A DNA stretch of 64,000 nucleotides from Flavobacteriales bacterium (GCA_040377305.1 JBEIPA010000009.1:32001-96000), one strand, 5' to 3'. Shown: positions 11,047 to 22,479, numbered from the stretch's first letter. Numbers and translations: made by a program. Notes: a model not told the origin generated them from the sequence alone.

Positions 11047-12741
11047 TTAGAACTTCGCTCTCGCTTTCGTTTTATAACGACGCGTACTCACTTGTTTCGA
11101 CTTTGGATATTTCACCGTGTAAGTCAACACAACACGCTGTTGTTCGCCCGGAGGAATATTCATCCGCCACGTCACAAAACCGGTAGCTGGATCAAGAACA
11201 CCTTTCGTGAGTTCGGTTGCCTCAACAACAATTTCCGCATCCTGCGAAACCGGAATCTGATCCATGAGCTCAACTTCAACCGATGTCTTGCGCGTATTCT
11301 TCACAACGATTTCGTACGAGAACGTTTCTTTTTTCGATGTTCCAACGGTCTTCTCGTTGTTGAATTCTTTAACCTTCGTGCGTGTCACAACAAGTTTCTT
11401 ATCACGCCCCAACGAAAGATCGAGCGTGTCGTCAACACTGCGTGTATAGATATAAGATTGTCCAACATACGTTCCACCGAAATACACGTTCGCCGGACCT
11501 TCAACAAGATCAAGATCTTCCCAGCCCGTGATTCGCGCAAGAAGAAACGCTTCTTTCTCCATTTTCGGAATGCAACTATATCGATACGTTGCCGGCAGAT
11601 TGTACGATGTTACATCAACAATATAAGGCTGACCATTCGCCGGAATATCATAAGTCTGTTTGATATCGAATTCTGCGGCAAGCTCAGAAACCTGTATCTG
11701 TTCATACTGCACAGGTTGCTGAGGCGAATCACCTTTTCCATCGCCATCGTTGTCTTTGCCAGATGTGTTGTAAACGTTCTGACTCGACAAGGCCACAGGT
11801 GCGTTCGAATTGTCGTACGTCTGCTGCTGCTGCTGATTATAATTCCAGCCGGTGGTATTACCGCGATCATATCCGTTGTCGAAATTTAATGTCCACTTTT
11901 CCATTACAGGAGCAGCGGCACTTTGCATCGGATCGGCGGTGGAAAGTTTCATCTTGATGTCTTTCCAATCTACATCTGTGCTATTGAAAACTTTCGCACG
12001 ATACTTCAGATCGATTGGCTTGCCCACATCTTCGGCAATCAAATCGTAAGCAGGCGCCCAACCGCAATCGCTTACTACGTAATGCAATTCCGTTTCCGAA
12101 ATTACTTTCGCAGCAGTTGGATTGTTCACGAGAATAGTAATCTCTGCCATCGGAGGATTGTCGCGCTGATTCAGTTCGCCGTATTGCAAAGTTAACCGGT
12201 CAAGTAGTTCCTGTTGATTCGTTGCTTTCCGATTCAGTTTTACAACCTCTGAATTAATTTCCATCAAACGCGCAACGTAGAAATCGGAAGTGGCTTTCAG
12301 CTCAGCTGCAGTTACTCCATCAGCACCACCATCAATCACACGATTCATCTCGAGCATATTTTTCTCCCGATTATATGCGTCGATGTTTCCACGTGTAATC
12401 GCAATTGCATCTTCCATCATGATCATGGAGTCTTGTACCTGCTTGATACGTATGTCGCTTTTCTTTTGTCCGTACAAATAGTCAATGCGACTGCTGATAG
12501 CGAGCAAAGCAAAATCTCCGGTGCCTGTAAACTGAATGCTCTTCGGAATAAGATGCGCTGACAATCCAACGAAGACGAGCTCGTTTCTGCCCGGAGCGAG
12601 TGTTACTTGTTTCTTATGCGCAATTTCTCCGCCTGTCAGATAAACGATCACCGAAGAAATCGGGGCTTCAATTTTTTGTTCATTCTCCCCGGCGAAAAGA
12701 AGAGATGGAATTGCAGCAAGAACAATCAGCAGTTTCTTCAT
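11047..12741 (-). CDS. DUF4140/DUF4139 (mucoidy inhibitor MuiA-like) protein
   Basis: Signal peptide, coiled coil, [22 protein letters not shown] and DQIPVS motifs. Confidence 0.85.
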   Translation of the reverse strand: MKKLLIVLAAIPSLLFAGENEQKIEAPISSVIVYLTGGEIAHKKQVTLAPGRNELVFVGLSAHLIPKSIQFTGTGDFALLAISSRIDYLYGQKKSDIRIKQVQDSMIMMEDAIAITRGNIDAYNREKNMLEMNRVIDGGADGVTAAELKATSDFYVARLMEINSEVVKLNRKATNQQELLDRLTLQYGELNQRDNPPMAEITILVNNPTAAKVISETELHYVVSDCGWAPAYDLIAEDVGKPIDLKYRAKVFNSTDVDWKDIKMKLSTADPMQSAAAPVMEKWTLNFDNGYDRGNTTGWNYNQQQQQTYDNSNAPVALSSQNVYNTSGKDNDGDGKGDSPQQPVQYEQIQVSELAAEFDIKQTYDIPANGQPYIVDVTSYNLPATYRYSCIPKMEKEAFLLARITGWEDLDLVEGPANVYFGGTYVGQSYIYTRSVDDTLDLSLGRDKKLVVTRTKVKEFNNEKTVGTSKKETFSYEIVVKNTRKTSVEVELMDQIPVSQDAEIVVEATELTKGVLDPATGFVTWRMNIPPGEQQRVVLTYTVKYPKSKQVSTRRYKTKARAKF

Positions 12742-12832
12742 GAATGAGTAATTATAATGTGAGTTATATACAGATTAAAAATCCTGTTGCAATTGCTCAC
12801 AACAGGACTTAAATATTTTTTAACGAAGAAAA

Positions 12833-14680
12833 CTACGCCAGCTTTCTGCGCAGAATAAAATTCGTTGCAGAGTGTTTCTCGTCTTTCTTCGTGCTATCAG
12901 CACCTGCCGGAGCAGTTTGTTCTTTCAGGTACACCTGCGAAAAATCGAAGTAACGCATAGGGTTCGCCCAGAAGTTGCGCACGCGCGATTGGGCAAGACG
13001 GTAATTTTCATCGTACCACAAAATCATCGCAGGTGCATCAGCCATCATTACCTGTTCAGCTTCTTTGTAAAGACGATTTGCTTCTTCAATTGTTCTCGCT
13101 TCACGCGCAAGAACGTATAAGCTATCGAACTTTGCACTCTTATAACGTGTCGTGTTTGGGAATGAAGGCTGTGATAAAGAGTCCGGCACATCAGCTCCAT
13201 AGAACAACGAGAGGAACGTTTCCGCAGTTGGATAATCTGCTACCCACGCTGAACGGAAAATATCTGAGCGCGCATATTTCGCATCTGCCATTTTCTGCTG
13301 AAGAGAAACGTTTGCAATTTCTACGTTGATGTTGAGATACTCGCGCAGTTGACTTGCGATAGCTTCTGCAACGCGAGTGTTACGTGAACCACCGCTATTA
13401 AGTACAAGCTTCACAACCGGAAAATCTTTTCCGTCGGGGAATCCCGCTTCGGCCAAAAGCTTCTTCGCTTTTTCACGCTCAGCAGCTTTGTTTGCTTTTG
13501 TTTCAGCTTCGTCAGCACCAATTTTTTCGTACCCGATGATTTCGCTCGCCTTGTATCCTGGCAATGCAGGCGGACAAATTCCATTAATCCCGGGACCATA
13601 CGCCTCGCCAGCAAGAACTTCATTCACGATGTGATTACGATCTACCGCATAACAAAAAGCCTGACGAACGCGCACATCATTAAAAGGAGGACGCGTCGTG
13701 TTGAACTCGTACATCTGCGTTACCAATTCAGATGAATGGTAAAGAACATACTTCGGCGGCTTCGCAGTGAAATCCTGTATCACTTGCGGAACGAATGTTT
13801 TCACAGCATCAGCATTCAGTCCCCAAACGAAATCGAGTTTGCCTTCCTGGAAAAGATCCAACTCAGCAACTTTATTATCGATGTAGGAAATTTTGATGGT
13901 GTCCAGGAACGGAAGTTGGTTACCCAATGAATCTTTCCCGTAATAATTTTCATTACGGACAAGGATCAGCTGCGTAGTATCGGCAGCAATAGAAGAGAAA
14001 ATAAATGGACCTGTTCCAACGTGAATTGCGTCCTGGTATTTCTCTACAGCTTCCTGAGGGAGAATGCTTGCAGCAGTATTCGCAAGGATATACAGGAACG
14101 AATTGTTTGGAGCAATCAAAGAAATTTTTACGTTCCGATCGTCAACAGCAACAACACCGGCGAGTCCACCCGATTTTGCAGATGCTCCCATCGCGAAATA
14201 TTCATCAGCACCAACAACGCGGTGACTAAAAGAAGAAGTGAAGTTTTCGTTTTTGCCATTGTCGGTACACAGGCGCTCGAATGAATAAACAACATCTTTC
14301 GCTGTTACCGCGCGACCTTTTCCGTCAGTGAAACAAGGATCGTCGTGAAATTTCACATCACTACGCAATTTGAAAGTATAGGTTGTTCCTGCTTCATCAA
14401 CCGTCCAGCTTTCTGCAATTCCCGGCATGATGTCGAGTGTACGCGGATCAAATTTTACAAGCCCTTCATAAATCTGCGTTGCCACGTGGTTTGAAATCGC
14501 ATCCGTGATCTGAACGGGGTTCAGCGTTTGCAGTTTATCCGTTTCGTTGTAACGAAGCGTGCCACCATAAACCGGCTGATAATCGCCTTTACCGACTGCA
14601 ACACGGTCACTTCCAGTCGATTCCGGGCCACAAGAAACGGCCAATATCGCAACAGGAATAAGGAGGAGGTATTTTTTCAT
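12833..14680 (-). CDS. ABC transporter substrate-binding lipoprotein (family 5, peptide/nickel type)
   Basis: Lipobox AVSC; IYEGLV, AESW, GTGPF, DVRVRQA and WVADYP motifs. Confidence 0.9.
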   Translation of the reverse strand: MKKYLLLIPVAILAVSCGPESTGSDRVAVGKGDYQPVYGGTLRYNETDKLQTLNPVQITDAISNHVATQIYEGLVKFDPRTLDIMPGIAESWTVDEAGTTYTFKLRSDVKFHDDPCFTDGKGRAVTAKDVVYSFERLCTDNGKNENFTSSFSHRVVGADEYFAMGASAKSGGLAGVVAVDDRNVKISLIAPNNSFLYILANTAASILPQEAVEKYQDAIHVGTGPFIFSSIAADTTQLILVRNENYYGKDSLGNQLPFLDTIKISYIDNKVAELDLFQEGKLDFVWGLNADAVKTFVPQVIQDFTAKPPKYVLYHSSELVTQMYEFNTTRPPFNDVRVRQAFCYAVDRNHIVNEVLAGEAYGPGINGICPPALPGYKASEIIGYEKIGADEAETKANKAAEREKAKKLLAEAGFPDGKDFPVVKLVLNSGGSRNTRVAEAIASQLREYLNINVEIANVSLQQKMADAKYARSDIFRSAWVADYPTAETFLSLFYGADVPDSLSQPSFPNTTRYKSAKFDSLYVLAREARTIEEANRLYKEAEQVMMADAPAMILWYDENYRLAQSRVRNFWANPMRYFDFSQVYLKEQTAPAGADSTKKDEKHSATNFILRRKLA

Positions 14681-14970
14681 ATAAAGGGCTGACAGAACGA
14701 TTAATAGAGGAGGGTTACACTACCCAAATTATAACCTGCAAGATTAGGTTTTTTATGCTAAAAGCGCAAGTTTCTGGAGGGCTGGAATGTCACGAAACGC
14801 TATGTCATTGCATTGCAGGCACTTGCTGCTTTAATACGGGCAATTATTGCACTTGGCTAAGGGGAATGGCGTTTTATCGAAAATAATCGGCATTATATTT
14901 GGTTTTTGTTCAGCATCCTGTTAATATTGCCGCGCAATATCGGAGGACCCCCTGCACAGAAAGCAATACG

Positions 14971-15771
14971 ATGAAAAAGAACCTCTTCGCACTTTTGATT
15001 CTCTCCTTGATCCTCAGCATCAATGGATTCGCGCAATCCATGATCCTGCTGGAAGGGACATATCAGGGTAAAAATGTGTACGTGCAGAACCCATTTAATA
15101 GCAACGGAGTTGGTTTCTGTGTGTACGAAGTTCGCGTAAACGACCAGATTACAACAGACGAAATCGGGTCAAGTGCTTTTGAAATTGACCTTCGCAACTT
15201 CCAATTGAAGGTTGGTGATGCTGTAACAATCAAGATTTTCCACAAAGAGGACTGCACACCTAAAGTTCTCAATCCAGAAGTATTAAAACCAAAGTCAACA
15301 TTCGTTACAAGTACGATTACAGTTGACTGCAATGCAAACCTGCTTAAGTGGACAACTACAGGCGAGCAAGGTAAACTCACATTTGTTATTGAGCAGTTCC
15401 GCTGGAACAAATGGGTTAAGATCGGCGAAGTTGAAGGTCTTGGCACTGCAGGTCCTAATAATTACAGCTTTGCGGTAGTTGCACACTCCGGTGAAAACCA
15501 ATTCCGTGTTAAGCAGGTTGATTACTCTGGACAGGCACGAACTAGCCCTGTTGCAAAATGCACTTCAACAAAAGCTGAAATCAAATTCTTCCCGGTAAAA
15601 GCAAAAGACAAAATCACTTTCGAAGGCGGTGAAACTATGTACGAGATCTATGATCAGTACGGTAACATCGTGAAGAAAGGATTCGGAGCAACGATTGACG
15701 TAACAGGACTCGCGAAAGGCGGGTACTTCCTCAACTACGACAACAAGACTGCGGAATTCTTTAAACAATAA
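14971..15771 (+). CDS. Secreted hypothetical protein with a T9SS-CTD-like C-terminus
   Basis: Signal peptide from the ATG at 14971. C-terminal IYDQYGNIVKKG...LAKGGYFL. Confidence 0.7.
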   Translation: MKKNLFALLILSLILSINGFAQSMILLEGTYQGKNVYVQNPFNSNGVGFCVYEVRVNDQITTDEIGSSAFEIDLRNFQLKVGDAVTIKIFHKEDCTPKVLNPEVLKPKSTFVTSTITVDCNANLLKWTTTGEQGKLTFVIEQFRWNKWVKIGEVEGLGTAGPNNYSFAVVAHSGENQFRVKQVDYSGQARTSPVAKCTSTKAEIKFFPVKAKDKITFEGGETMYEIYDQYGNIVKKGFGATIDVTGLAKGGYFLNYDNKTAEFFKQ

Positions 15772-15899
15772 TTGCACACCAGACACCTAACTTGAAACCC
15801 TGACGCCCGTTGGGGTTTTTTGTTTTTATGCTTCGATACAACTTTTTATTGAGGGAAGTCGGAGTGCTCAGCATAACAAACCAGCCATAGGATTGCAGG

Positions 15900-16301
15900 A
15901 TGAAAAAGATTGAACACATCGGCATTGCAGTGAAGAGCATCGAGGAATCTAACAAACTCTTCACAAAACTTTTCGGCGCTGCGCCGTACAAACAGGAAGC
16001 GGTAGAGAGTGAAGGTGTGACGACTTCTTTCTTCCTGAACGGTCCGAACAAAATCGAATTGCTGGAAGCAACTAATCCTGATTCTCCGATTGCGAAATTC
16101 ATTGAGAAGAAAGGGGAAGGTATTCATCATATCGCATTTGATGTTGAAGATATTGTTGCGGAAATGGCGCGCCTGAAAGCAGAAGGATTTCAATTGCTCA
16201 GCGATGTACCGAAGAAAGGCGCCGACAACAAGCTCATTTGTTTTCTGCATCCGAAAGGAACGAATGGCGTGCTCATTGAGTTGTGCCAGGAGATTCGTTG
16301 A
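15900..16301 (+). CDS. mce: Methylmalonyl-CoA epimerase
   Basis: IEHIGIAV, GEGIHHIAF and FLHPKGTNGVLIELCQ. Confidence 0.93.
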   Translation: MKKIEHIGIAVKSIEESNKLFTKLFGAAPYKQEAVESEGVTTSFFLNGPNKIELLEATNPDSPIAKFIEKKGEGIHHIAFDVEDIVAEMARLKAEGFQLLSDVPKKGADNKLICFLHPKGTNGVLIELCQEIR

Positions 16302-16369
16302 AGTTATTCTCACAACAGAAAAGCCCGGACCATTCGCGATCCGGGCTTTTAATTTTATTCCGTCAATTG

Positions 16370-18028
16370 TTAGTGCTGAACGATGCAGCGTGTTGTTGCG
16401 ATGGTGTTGTTACTTACAACTTCAATAATATACATTCCACTGCTCCATCCGCTAACGTTGAATTGCTCGCTGTTCACCGCGCTGCTACGTGATTCTACAA
16501 GCGCTCCGGTTGACGTGTAAACATTCACGATCGCCTCACCGGTATTGATAAAACTCACGTTCACGATTTCAGAAGAAGGGCTCGGGTAAACAGAAATTAC
16601 GTTCCCTCCGCGAGGACCTGCACTGTTATTGATTCCTGCAACAACGTATTCCGCATCAAACATTGAAACTCCACGGCCCAGAACTCCTTCTGCATTCCAC
16701 GCATGCGCGGCTTGAGTAACAAGCGGGTTGATCTCCACGCGTGGATAAGGTGCTTTGAGGTTTGTTGTTACATCGTTGTACTGTCCTGTTATCGTAACCC
16801 AGGAATTGGGAGTTGAAAGGTTATAACCATTAACGATATACGGAAGTTTACCATTAGTGGAATCATAGTACACTCCAAGGAAATTGTTGTATCCCGGGTC
16901 GTAGGTAATGTCTGCCTGCATATCATTCTCGCTTGTGTTTACTATGTCTAAGCGATTCCAGAAGTTGGTGAAGTGCGCACGCTTGTTATAGAAACCCAGC
17001 ATATCGTAGTCGCTTCCATCACCCAGGTAATCGCGGTCGACAAGTACAATTGCTGTCACAGCTCCACTATCGTTGTCAGTGTTATTGTACTGTACAGCAA
17101 TCTGCGGGTTGCGGCAGAGATTTATCATTGTAGAGGACACCGAATCAAGATTCTGTTTCGAAATCCACGGCCCATCTACGGTAGTTTGATTGCGTGATGT
17201 GTAAATGTGCCCTGTCCGTGCAGTGGAGGTACCGATCTGTTCCCATGCGGCAAAATATCGACCGTTAGAGGCAGACGCGCTGCGTCCATATGCAAGAGAT
17301 ACTTTGCGGTTGAATGAACCGGTTGTTGCCACGGGCTCACGTACCGACCATGAAGTACCCCCATCTACCGAAGCCAGGAACACGATTGAATCGTACATCG
17401 ACGAGTAGGTTGAATATAACAAACCTACGCTGTACGGGCTGGCACCTACTGCAGGGAACAGATAATCCGTGGCAAGAGCTACATCGTACACCGGACGTGT
17501 ACCATTCTGGAGGCTGTAGTTGCTGCCGTTAAATGCACCGGTTCTGCCGTTGTAGCGGTCAACAAACAATACATAGTTGCCGGAAGAGATCGTGTGATTT
17601 ACGCCAACGAGATAAACGACGAGATTGTTGGTGTCTGTGCCGCATACCACAATGTCGTGAGTAGGATATCTTACACCCGTAACGCTGTAATTGTCTATCG
17701 TTGTCCATGATTGACCGTTATCGCGTGACATTCTTATTGTAATTCCACCTTTATCGAGCGCTGAGTCGACAGTGTTGAAGGCGGTGTACAACCAGCCGTT
17801 AAATGCAACGGTAAGTTTTACGTTACGTTGATCGATTGAAGGCGAACTTTCAATGGTTACGTCATTATAATAAAGTGGTGTCGGGTATACGATACCTGCA
17901 GGATTGTGCATTTCGCTTGCGCTTGCCGGAGTTGGAGTGGGTTCCGGATAAGGCTTGAGATTAAGTTCCTGAGCGCTCAGCATCGATGCGCTGAATGCCA
18001 GAATTAATGCGGGTAAAACTGTTTTCAT
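16370..18028 (-). CDS. T9SS type A sorting protein with BNR/Asp-box repeats
   Basis: Asp-boxes SRDNGQSW and SVDGGTSW; C-terminal VYPSP...GMYII. Confidence 0.8.
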   Translation of the reverse strand: MKTVLPALILAFSASMLSAQELNLKPYPEPTPTPASASEMHNPAGIVYPTPLYYNDVTIESSPSIDQRNVKLTVAFNGWLYTAFNTVDSALDKGGITIRMSRDNGQSWTTIDNYSVTGVRYPTHDIVVCGTDTNNLVVYLVGVNHTISSGNYVLFVDRYNGRTGAFNGSNYSLQNGTRPVYDVALATDYLFPAVGASPYSVGLLYSTYSSMYDSIVFLASVDGGTSWSVREPVATTGSFNRKVSLAYGRSASASNGRYFAAWEQIGTSTARTGHIYTSRNQTTVDGPWISKQNLDSVSSTMINLCRNPQIAVQYNNTDNDSGAVTAIVLVDRDYLGDGSDYDMLGFYNKRAHFTNFWNRLDIVNTSENDMQADITYDPGYNNFLGVYYDSTNGKLPYIVNGYNLSTPNSWVTITGQYNDVTTNLKAPYPRVEINPLVTQAAHAWNAEGVLGRGVSMFDAEYVVAGINNSAGPRGGNVISVYPSPSSEIVNVSFINTGEAIVNVYTSTGALVESRSSAVNSEQFNVSGWSSGMYIIEVVSNNTIATTRCIVQH

Positions 18029-18147
18029 GTCTGAATGTTTTTTGGTTGAGCCAAAAATAGGATTGTGAACCGACCTCAGGAATGACCCTAGTCACGTTAT
18101 AGTTTGATATTAGTCAACTGGAATTCTTGCGGATATTTCCACTCAGC

Positions 18148-18780
18148 TCATCGCAATAGGCCGTGCTCATCCAGTAAAAGCCTTAGTGACGACGTGTCTG
18201 CCAACTGCAGTGCCTTGATTCCACAGGCTGCAGCACCGCGAATGTGTTGAATACTGTCGTCAATGAAAAGTGTTTCTTCTGCGATCAGCTTATTTTCATT
18301 CAGCACGAATTCAAAAATTTCAGCATCGGGTTTGCGCATTCCGATGTTGCAGGAGTAATACCATCTTTCGAAGTAAGGTGAGAAATCAGGAGTGCCATGT
18401 ACGCGTTGCAATTCCGCAGAGAAATTTTTGACGTGAATTACATTCGTATTTGAAAGCAGGAACAGGCGATATTTCGTTTTCAGTTTCGTAAGTAAATCGA
18501 GCTTTTCTTTCGGCACATCTAGAAGCATTGCGTCCCACGCAGCATCAATTTCTACGTCGCTTACAGGATGCGGAATATGTTTGCGAAGTTCGGTGCGAAA
18601 TTCCGCAGGCGCGATTTTCCCTTTATCAAATCCATCAAAAACTCCGGACTGATTCGCCTGCGAATAAATAGCGTCAAAGTCCTGCACACCCAACTCAATG
18701 AAAGCCTTGCGCGTTGCTTCCATATCCAGGTTGATGATCACACCACCGAGATCGAAAATGATATTCTTTATTTCCTGCAC
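18148..18780 (-). CDS. HAD-family phosphatase
   Basis: FDLGGV, LSNTN, RKPD and FIDD motifs. Confidence 0.9.
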   Translation of the reverse strand: MQEIKNIIFDLGGVIINLDMEATRKAFIELGVQDFDAIYSQANQSGVFDGFDKGKIAPAEFRTELRKHIPHPVSDVEIDAAWDAMLLDVPKEKLDLLTKLKTKYRLFLLSNTNVIHVKNFSAELQRVHGTPDFSPYFERWYYSCNIGMRKPDAEIFEFVLNENKLIAEETLFIDDSIQHIRGAAACGIKALQLADTSSLRLLLDEHGLLR

Positions 18781-18832
18781 GGGACGAAAATAGGGGTAAA
18801 TCCAACTGAAACAGAAAATCGTATATTTAACC

Positions 18833-19819
18833 GTGTCATCGAATAAACCCCTCTACACTTACCTCTGTATTTTTTTCACACTGGTTGGCGCCGGACTTTT
18901 CTTTGCACTGAACAGACCCGACTTCGCTGCGTGCAGCTTCATGCTCGGCTATCTGCTGGGGATGAAAGACTTTTCGAAGTTCACAGGTCCGCTGCAATCA
19001 ATCACAGAAGGACTTGCTGCAGGACTTACCGGCGTTGCACTCGATTGGCCGATTGAGGGCTTTCCCTTCTTCACCGCGATGATGCTCGTCATGTTCTTTT
19101 CAAATTTCGGACGCATCATGTTCTTCCGGTATTTCGCTTACACCGGGATGTCTTGGATGGAACCAACGTTTGCAATCATTGCGCTCGGATTGCATTTCTC
19201 CGGGAATTTTCTGTCGCACAGCAACTGGGCAACATGGGGTGTTCCGGTTCCGGGATTCTTCTTCGCTTTCGTCATTGCGTGGGGAATTATCAAAGACAAA
19301 AAGCAGTTGAGCGTTCACAAGATCAAAGGATATAAAATTGCAATTGGTGCTTATGCGCCTCCGTTTGAGCTCCCGAATGAAGCGGGTGAACTCGTGAAGC
19401 TTTCTGATTTCATCGGGCAGCGTCATCTGCTTTTGATTTTTGTGCGTGGCGACTGGTGTCCGGGTTGTCACATGATGTTGCGTACTTACCAGAAAGAAAA
19501 AGAGCGTTTCGCCAGGAAGAACGTTTTCGTAATGTCAATTGGTCCGGATCCGGTTGGCGTGAACAAAGAAATGGTAGAACGACTCGGACTGGACTTCAGT
19601 GTACTTGCCGATGAAAAGCAGAAAACCGCAATGACATACGGTGTACAGCTCGAAGAATACGACAACCAGTTCGCAGAGCAATATGATGAAGGGATTCCAC
19701 TTCCCGCATCATTTCTCATTGACAAACAAGGAATCGTGCGCTACATTTCACGTCCCGATAAAGTGGGTGAATTCCTGAATCCATCATTGATCTTCCCGAT
19801 TGTTGAACAACTCGACTAA
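18833..19819 (+). CDS. Membrane-anchored AhpC/TSA peroxiredoxin-like protein
   Basis: About 5-6 N-terminal TM segments, then RGDWCPGC and PASFLID. Confidence 0.8.
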   Translation: MSSNKPLYTYLCIFFTLVGAGLFFALNRPDFAACSFMLGYLLGMKDFSKFTGPLQSITEGLAAGLTGVALDWPIEGFPFFTAMMLVMFFSNFGRIMFFRYFAYTGMSWMEPTFAIIALGLHFSGNFLSHSNWATWGVPVPGFFFAFVIAWGIIKDKKQLSVHKIKGYKIAIGAYAPPFELPNEAGELVKLSDFIGQRHLLLIFVRGDWCPGCHMMLRTYQKEKERFARKNVFVMSIGPDPVGVNKEMVERLGLDFSVLADEKQKTAMTYGVQLEEYDNQFAEQYDEGIPLPASFLIDKQGIVRYISRPDKVGEFLNPSLIFPIVEQLD

Positions 19820-19825
19820 AGCATC

Positions 19826-21148
19826 ATGATCATCACAATTGTTTGTGGAGTTTTATTTCTCGGTGCGGCTATCGCTGCATTTTATTTTTTCAACGAGGCG
19901 AAAAAAATAAAGGCATCGGGCGGAAAAACCGAAAAGGACATCGAAAATTACCGCAGCATTATTGACCAGGCGAATGATGCGTTGATCGTTATCGATATTG
20001 TCGATGGAAGAATTCACCAGACGAATCCTTCTGCAGCGGAAATGCTGGGTTACACACAGGAGGAAATTCTGAAGAAAAAACTATTTGATCTTCATCCGAA
20101 GAACATGCTGGAGCGTTCATCCAGTGTTGTTGCTGATGTATGGGAGAAAAAAGGATTGATCTACAGAGACATTCCATTCGTGAAGAAGAACGGCGAAATT
20201 ATCCCGGTTGAATGCTCAGCGAAAGTTGCACCATTTGCAGGCCGACCGGCAATTGTGATTTACGCACGCGATATCACGGAGCGATTGAGACTTGAGAACG
20301 AGGTTGCAGAACAGTCGCACATCATCGAACAAAAGAACAAGGATATTACGGATAGCATCAACTACGCCAAGCGCATTCAGGAAGCAATTCTTCCTACGGA
20401 GGAAGAGATGAAGGAAGTGTTCGAAGATTACTTTGTGTACTACCGTCCGAAGGATATTGTGAGTGGAGATTTGTATTGGGCCAGCACGGTGCAGACAACT
20501 CCGAAGGAAGGAAAGGGCAAACAGATTTCACTTATTGCGGCGATTGATTGCACAGGACATGGTGTGCCGGGGGCATTCATGAGTATTGTTGGCCACACCA
20601 TTCTGGAGCAAACGCTGACCGACCCTAAGATTAATAATCCGGGTGCTGCGCTTGATTATCTTACACAGGGAGTCATTCGCACGCTGAAACAAAAGGCAGG
20701 CGACGATTTCTCGATCAAAGATGGAATGGACATAGCATTGTGTGCTCTCGACAGAGAAACGAATACACTGGAATTCGCAGGAGCAAACAATCCGTTGTAC
20801 GTAGTTCGTAACGGGGTGCTTTCGGAATACAAAGGGGATAAGCAGCCGATTGGTGCGTACATCAAGGATCAAAAACCGTTTACGAATACGCGCCTTGAGT
20901 TATCAAAGGGCGATTGTGTTTACATCTTCACCGACGGATTTGCGGATCAGTTTGGCGGACCGAGAGGAAAAAAATTCAAGTACAAGCAGTTGCAACAATT
21001 GCTCATCGATAATCACGAATTATCGATGGTGGAACAACGTGCTGCATTTGAGAAAGCGATCATGGACTGGATGAATTATTCATCTGATCAGGGAAACGGT
21101 TACGAGCAGACGGACGATGTGTTGCTGATTGGATTCAGGGTGACTTGA
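19826..21148 (+). CDS. PAS-domain SpoIIE/PP2C phosphatase
   Basis: TM, then PAS, then VSGD, DCTGHGVPGA, FTDG and DDVLL motifs. Confidence 0.9.
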   Translation: MIITIVCGVLFLGAAIAAFYFFNEAKKIKASGGKTEKDIENYRSIIDQANDALIVIDIVDGRIHQTNPSAAEMLGYTQEEILKKKLFDLHPKNMLERSSSVVADVWEKKGLIYRDIPFVKKNGEIIPVECSAKVAPFAGRPAIVIYARDITERLRLENEVAEQSHIIEQKNKDITDSINYAKRIQEAILPTEEEMKEVFEDYFVYYRPKDIVSGDLYWASTVQTTPKEGKGKQISLIAAIDCTGHGVPGAFMSIVGHTILEQTLTDPKINNPGAALDYLTQGVIRTLKQKAGDDFSIKDGMDIALCALDRETNTLEFAGANNPLYVVRNGVLSEYKGDKQPIGAYIKDQKPFTNTRLELSKGDCVYIFTDGFADQFGGPRGKKFKYKQLQQLLIDNHELSMVEQRAAFEKAIMDWMNYSSDQGNGYEQTDDVLLIGFRVT

Positions 21149-21201
21149 TAGCTGAAAATTAATAGCTGACGACTGCTCAGCTATCAGTTATTGGTGGTCA
21201 G

Positions 21202-22479
21202 CTATGCAACCTTACGTTTGAGTGTAATCACAGTTACCTCAGGCCATATTCCAACCCGCCCGGGGAATCCTAAGAATCCGAAGCCACGATTAACGTACAA
21301 GTGACGTTTGCCTTCGTTGTATAATCCCGCCCAACGCGAGTAACGGAATTGCACCGGACTCCATTTGAGCCATGGTATTTCAACTCCGAATTGCGCACCG
21401 TGCGTGTGTCCGGACATCGTGAGATGAATATCCGTTTCGTGTTTGCTTACGATCTGATCGAAGTGTGACGGATCGTGCGACATCAGTACTTTAAATCCAT
21501 CTTTCGGAATGTTCGCAAGTGCTTTCTCCAGATCGCCTTTTTGTTTGAATCCGCCAGCGCCCCAGTTTTCAACTCCGACGAGATAAATTTTTTGTCCGTC
21601 TTTTTCGAGCGCCACATGTTCATCGCGCATAAGCCTGAATCCGACATCTGCATGCGTCTGATACAGATCGTTCATGTTCTGATCTTTTGCTTGCGGAGAA
21701 TCCCAACTGATGTAATCGCCATAATCGTGGTTACCGAGAACAGAGTATTGTCCGAACGGTGAACGAATCGCGGCGAACTCTTTTTTCCATGGAAGCATTT
21801 CGGTCGCCATGTTGTTCACGAGATCGCCGGTAAACACAAACAAGTCTGATTTCTGATCTTGCGCGAGTCGAATTCCACTGCGAACTTCTTCCAGGTGGTC
21901 ATTCGCATCAAAGCTGCCTGCATGAATATCGCTCAGTTGCGTGATTGTAAATCCGTCAAACGCCTGTGGCAAATCATCGTAGTAAATTGTTTCGCGACGT
22001 ACGCGGTATCTCCATCGACCTGCAATCATTCCATGCGCCACTCCAATGAAAGGAATCAAAGCAATTACACCTGCAGCGCGACTAATGAACTGACGTCGTG
22101 TAATTCCTACCGACATTCCACCCTCTTCACTAATGCTGTTGTATCCCAACGCATAGAGTGCACGTATTCCACGACCGACATCTTCCGCACCCAGAATCAA
22201 CACAATTACCAGTTTCGGAATGAAGAACATAGCCCAAACACCAATGAAAGTCATGATTCCTTTTGGAACAACCTTTTCTTGTGTTCCAAAAAGGGTGAAA
22301 TAACCGAACCACACAAACAGGGAGATATTGATCAACCAATATGCCCAGTGAATGTACTTTCTGGTGCGTGCTTCCATTCCCACCGTCATTGTTTTGACAG
22401 CCGAAAACACGTAAAGATCAATCAGGAGCAATAGTCCTAACATGATCAGCATACCCGTAATACCCGGACCTCTTCGCAT
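21202..22479 (-). CDS. Membrane-bound metallophosphoesterase (YkuE-like)
   Basis: SDIH, GDLVN, GNHD and SGHTHG motifs; N-terminal TM segments. Confidence 0.9.
   Translation of the reverse strand: MRRGPGITGMLIMLGLLLLIDLYVFSAVKTMTVGMEARTRKYIHWAYWLINISLFVWFGYFTLFGTQEKVVPKGIMTFIGVWAMFFIPKLVIVLILGAEDVGRGIRALYALGYNSISEEGGMSVGITRRQFISRAAGVIALIPFIGVAHGMIAGRWRYRVRRETIYYDDLPQAFDGFTITQLSDIHAGSFDANDHLEEVRSGIRLAQDQKSDLFVFTGDLVNNMATEMLPWKKEFAAIRSPFGQYSVLGNHDYGDYISWDSPQAKDQNMNDLYQTHADVGFRLMRDEHVALEKDGQKIYLVGVENWGAGGFKQKGDLEKALANIPKDGFKVLMSHDPSHFDQIVSKHETDIHLTMSGHTHGAQFGVEIPWLKWSPVQFRYSRWAGLYNEGKRHLYVNRGFGFLGFPGRVGIWPEVTVITLKRKVA

Noticed and set aside
11011-11889. Long antisense ORFs (for example the 292-aa ORF here, and 263-1057 and 15846-16313)
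   Set aside because: They lie opposite well-supported genes and show no recognisable motifs.
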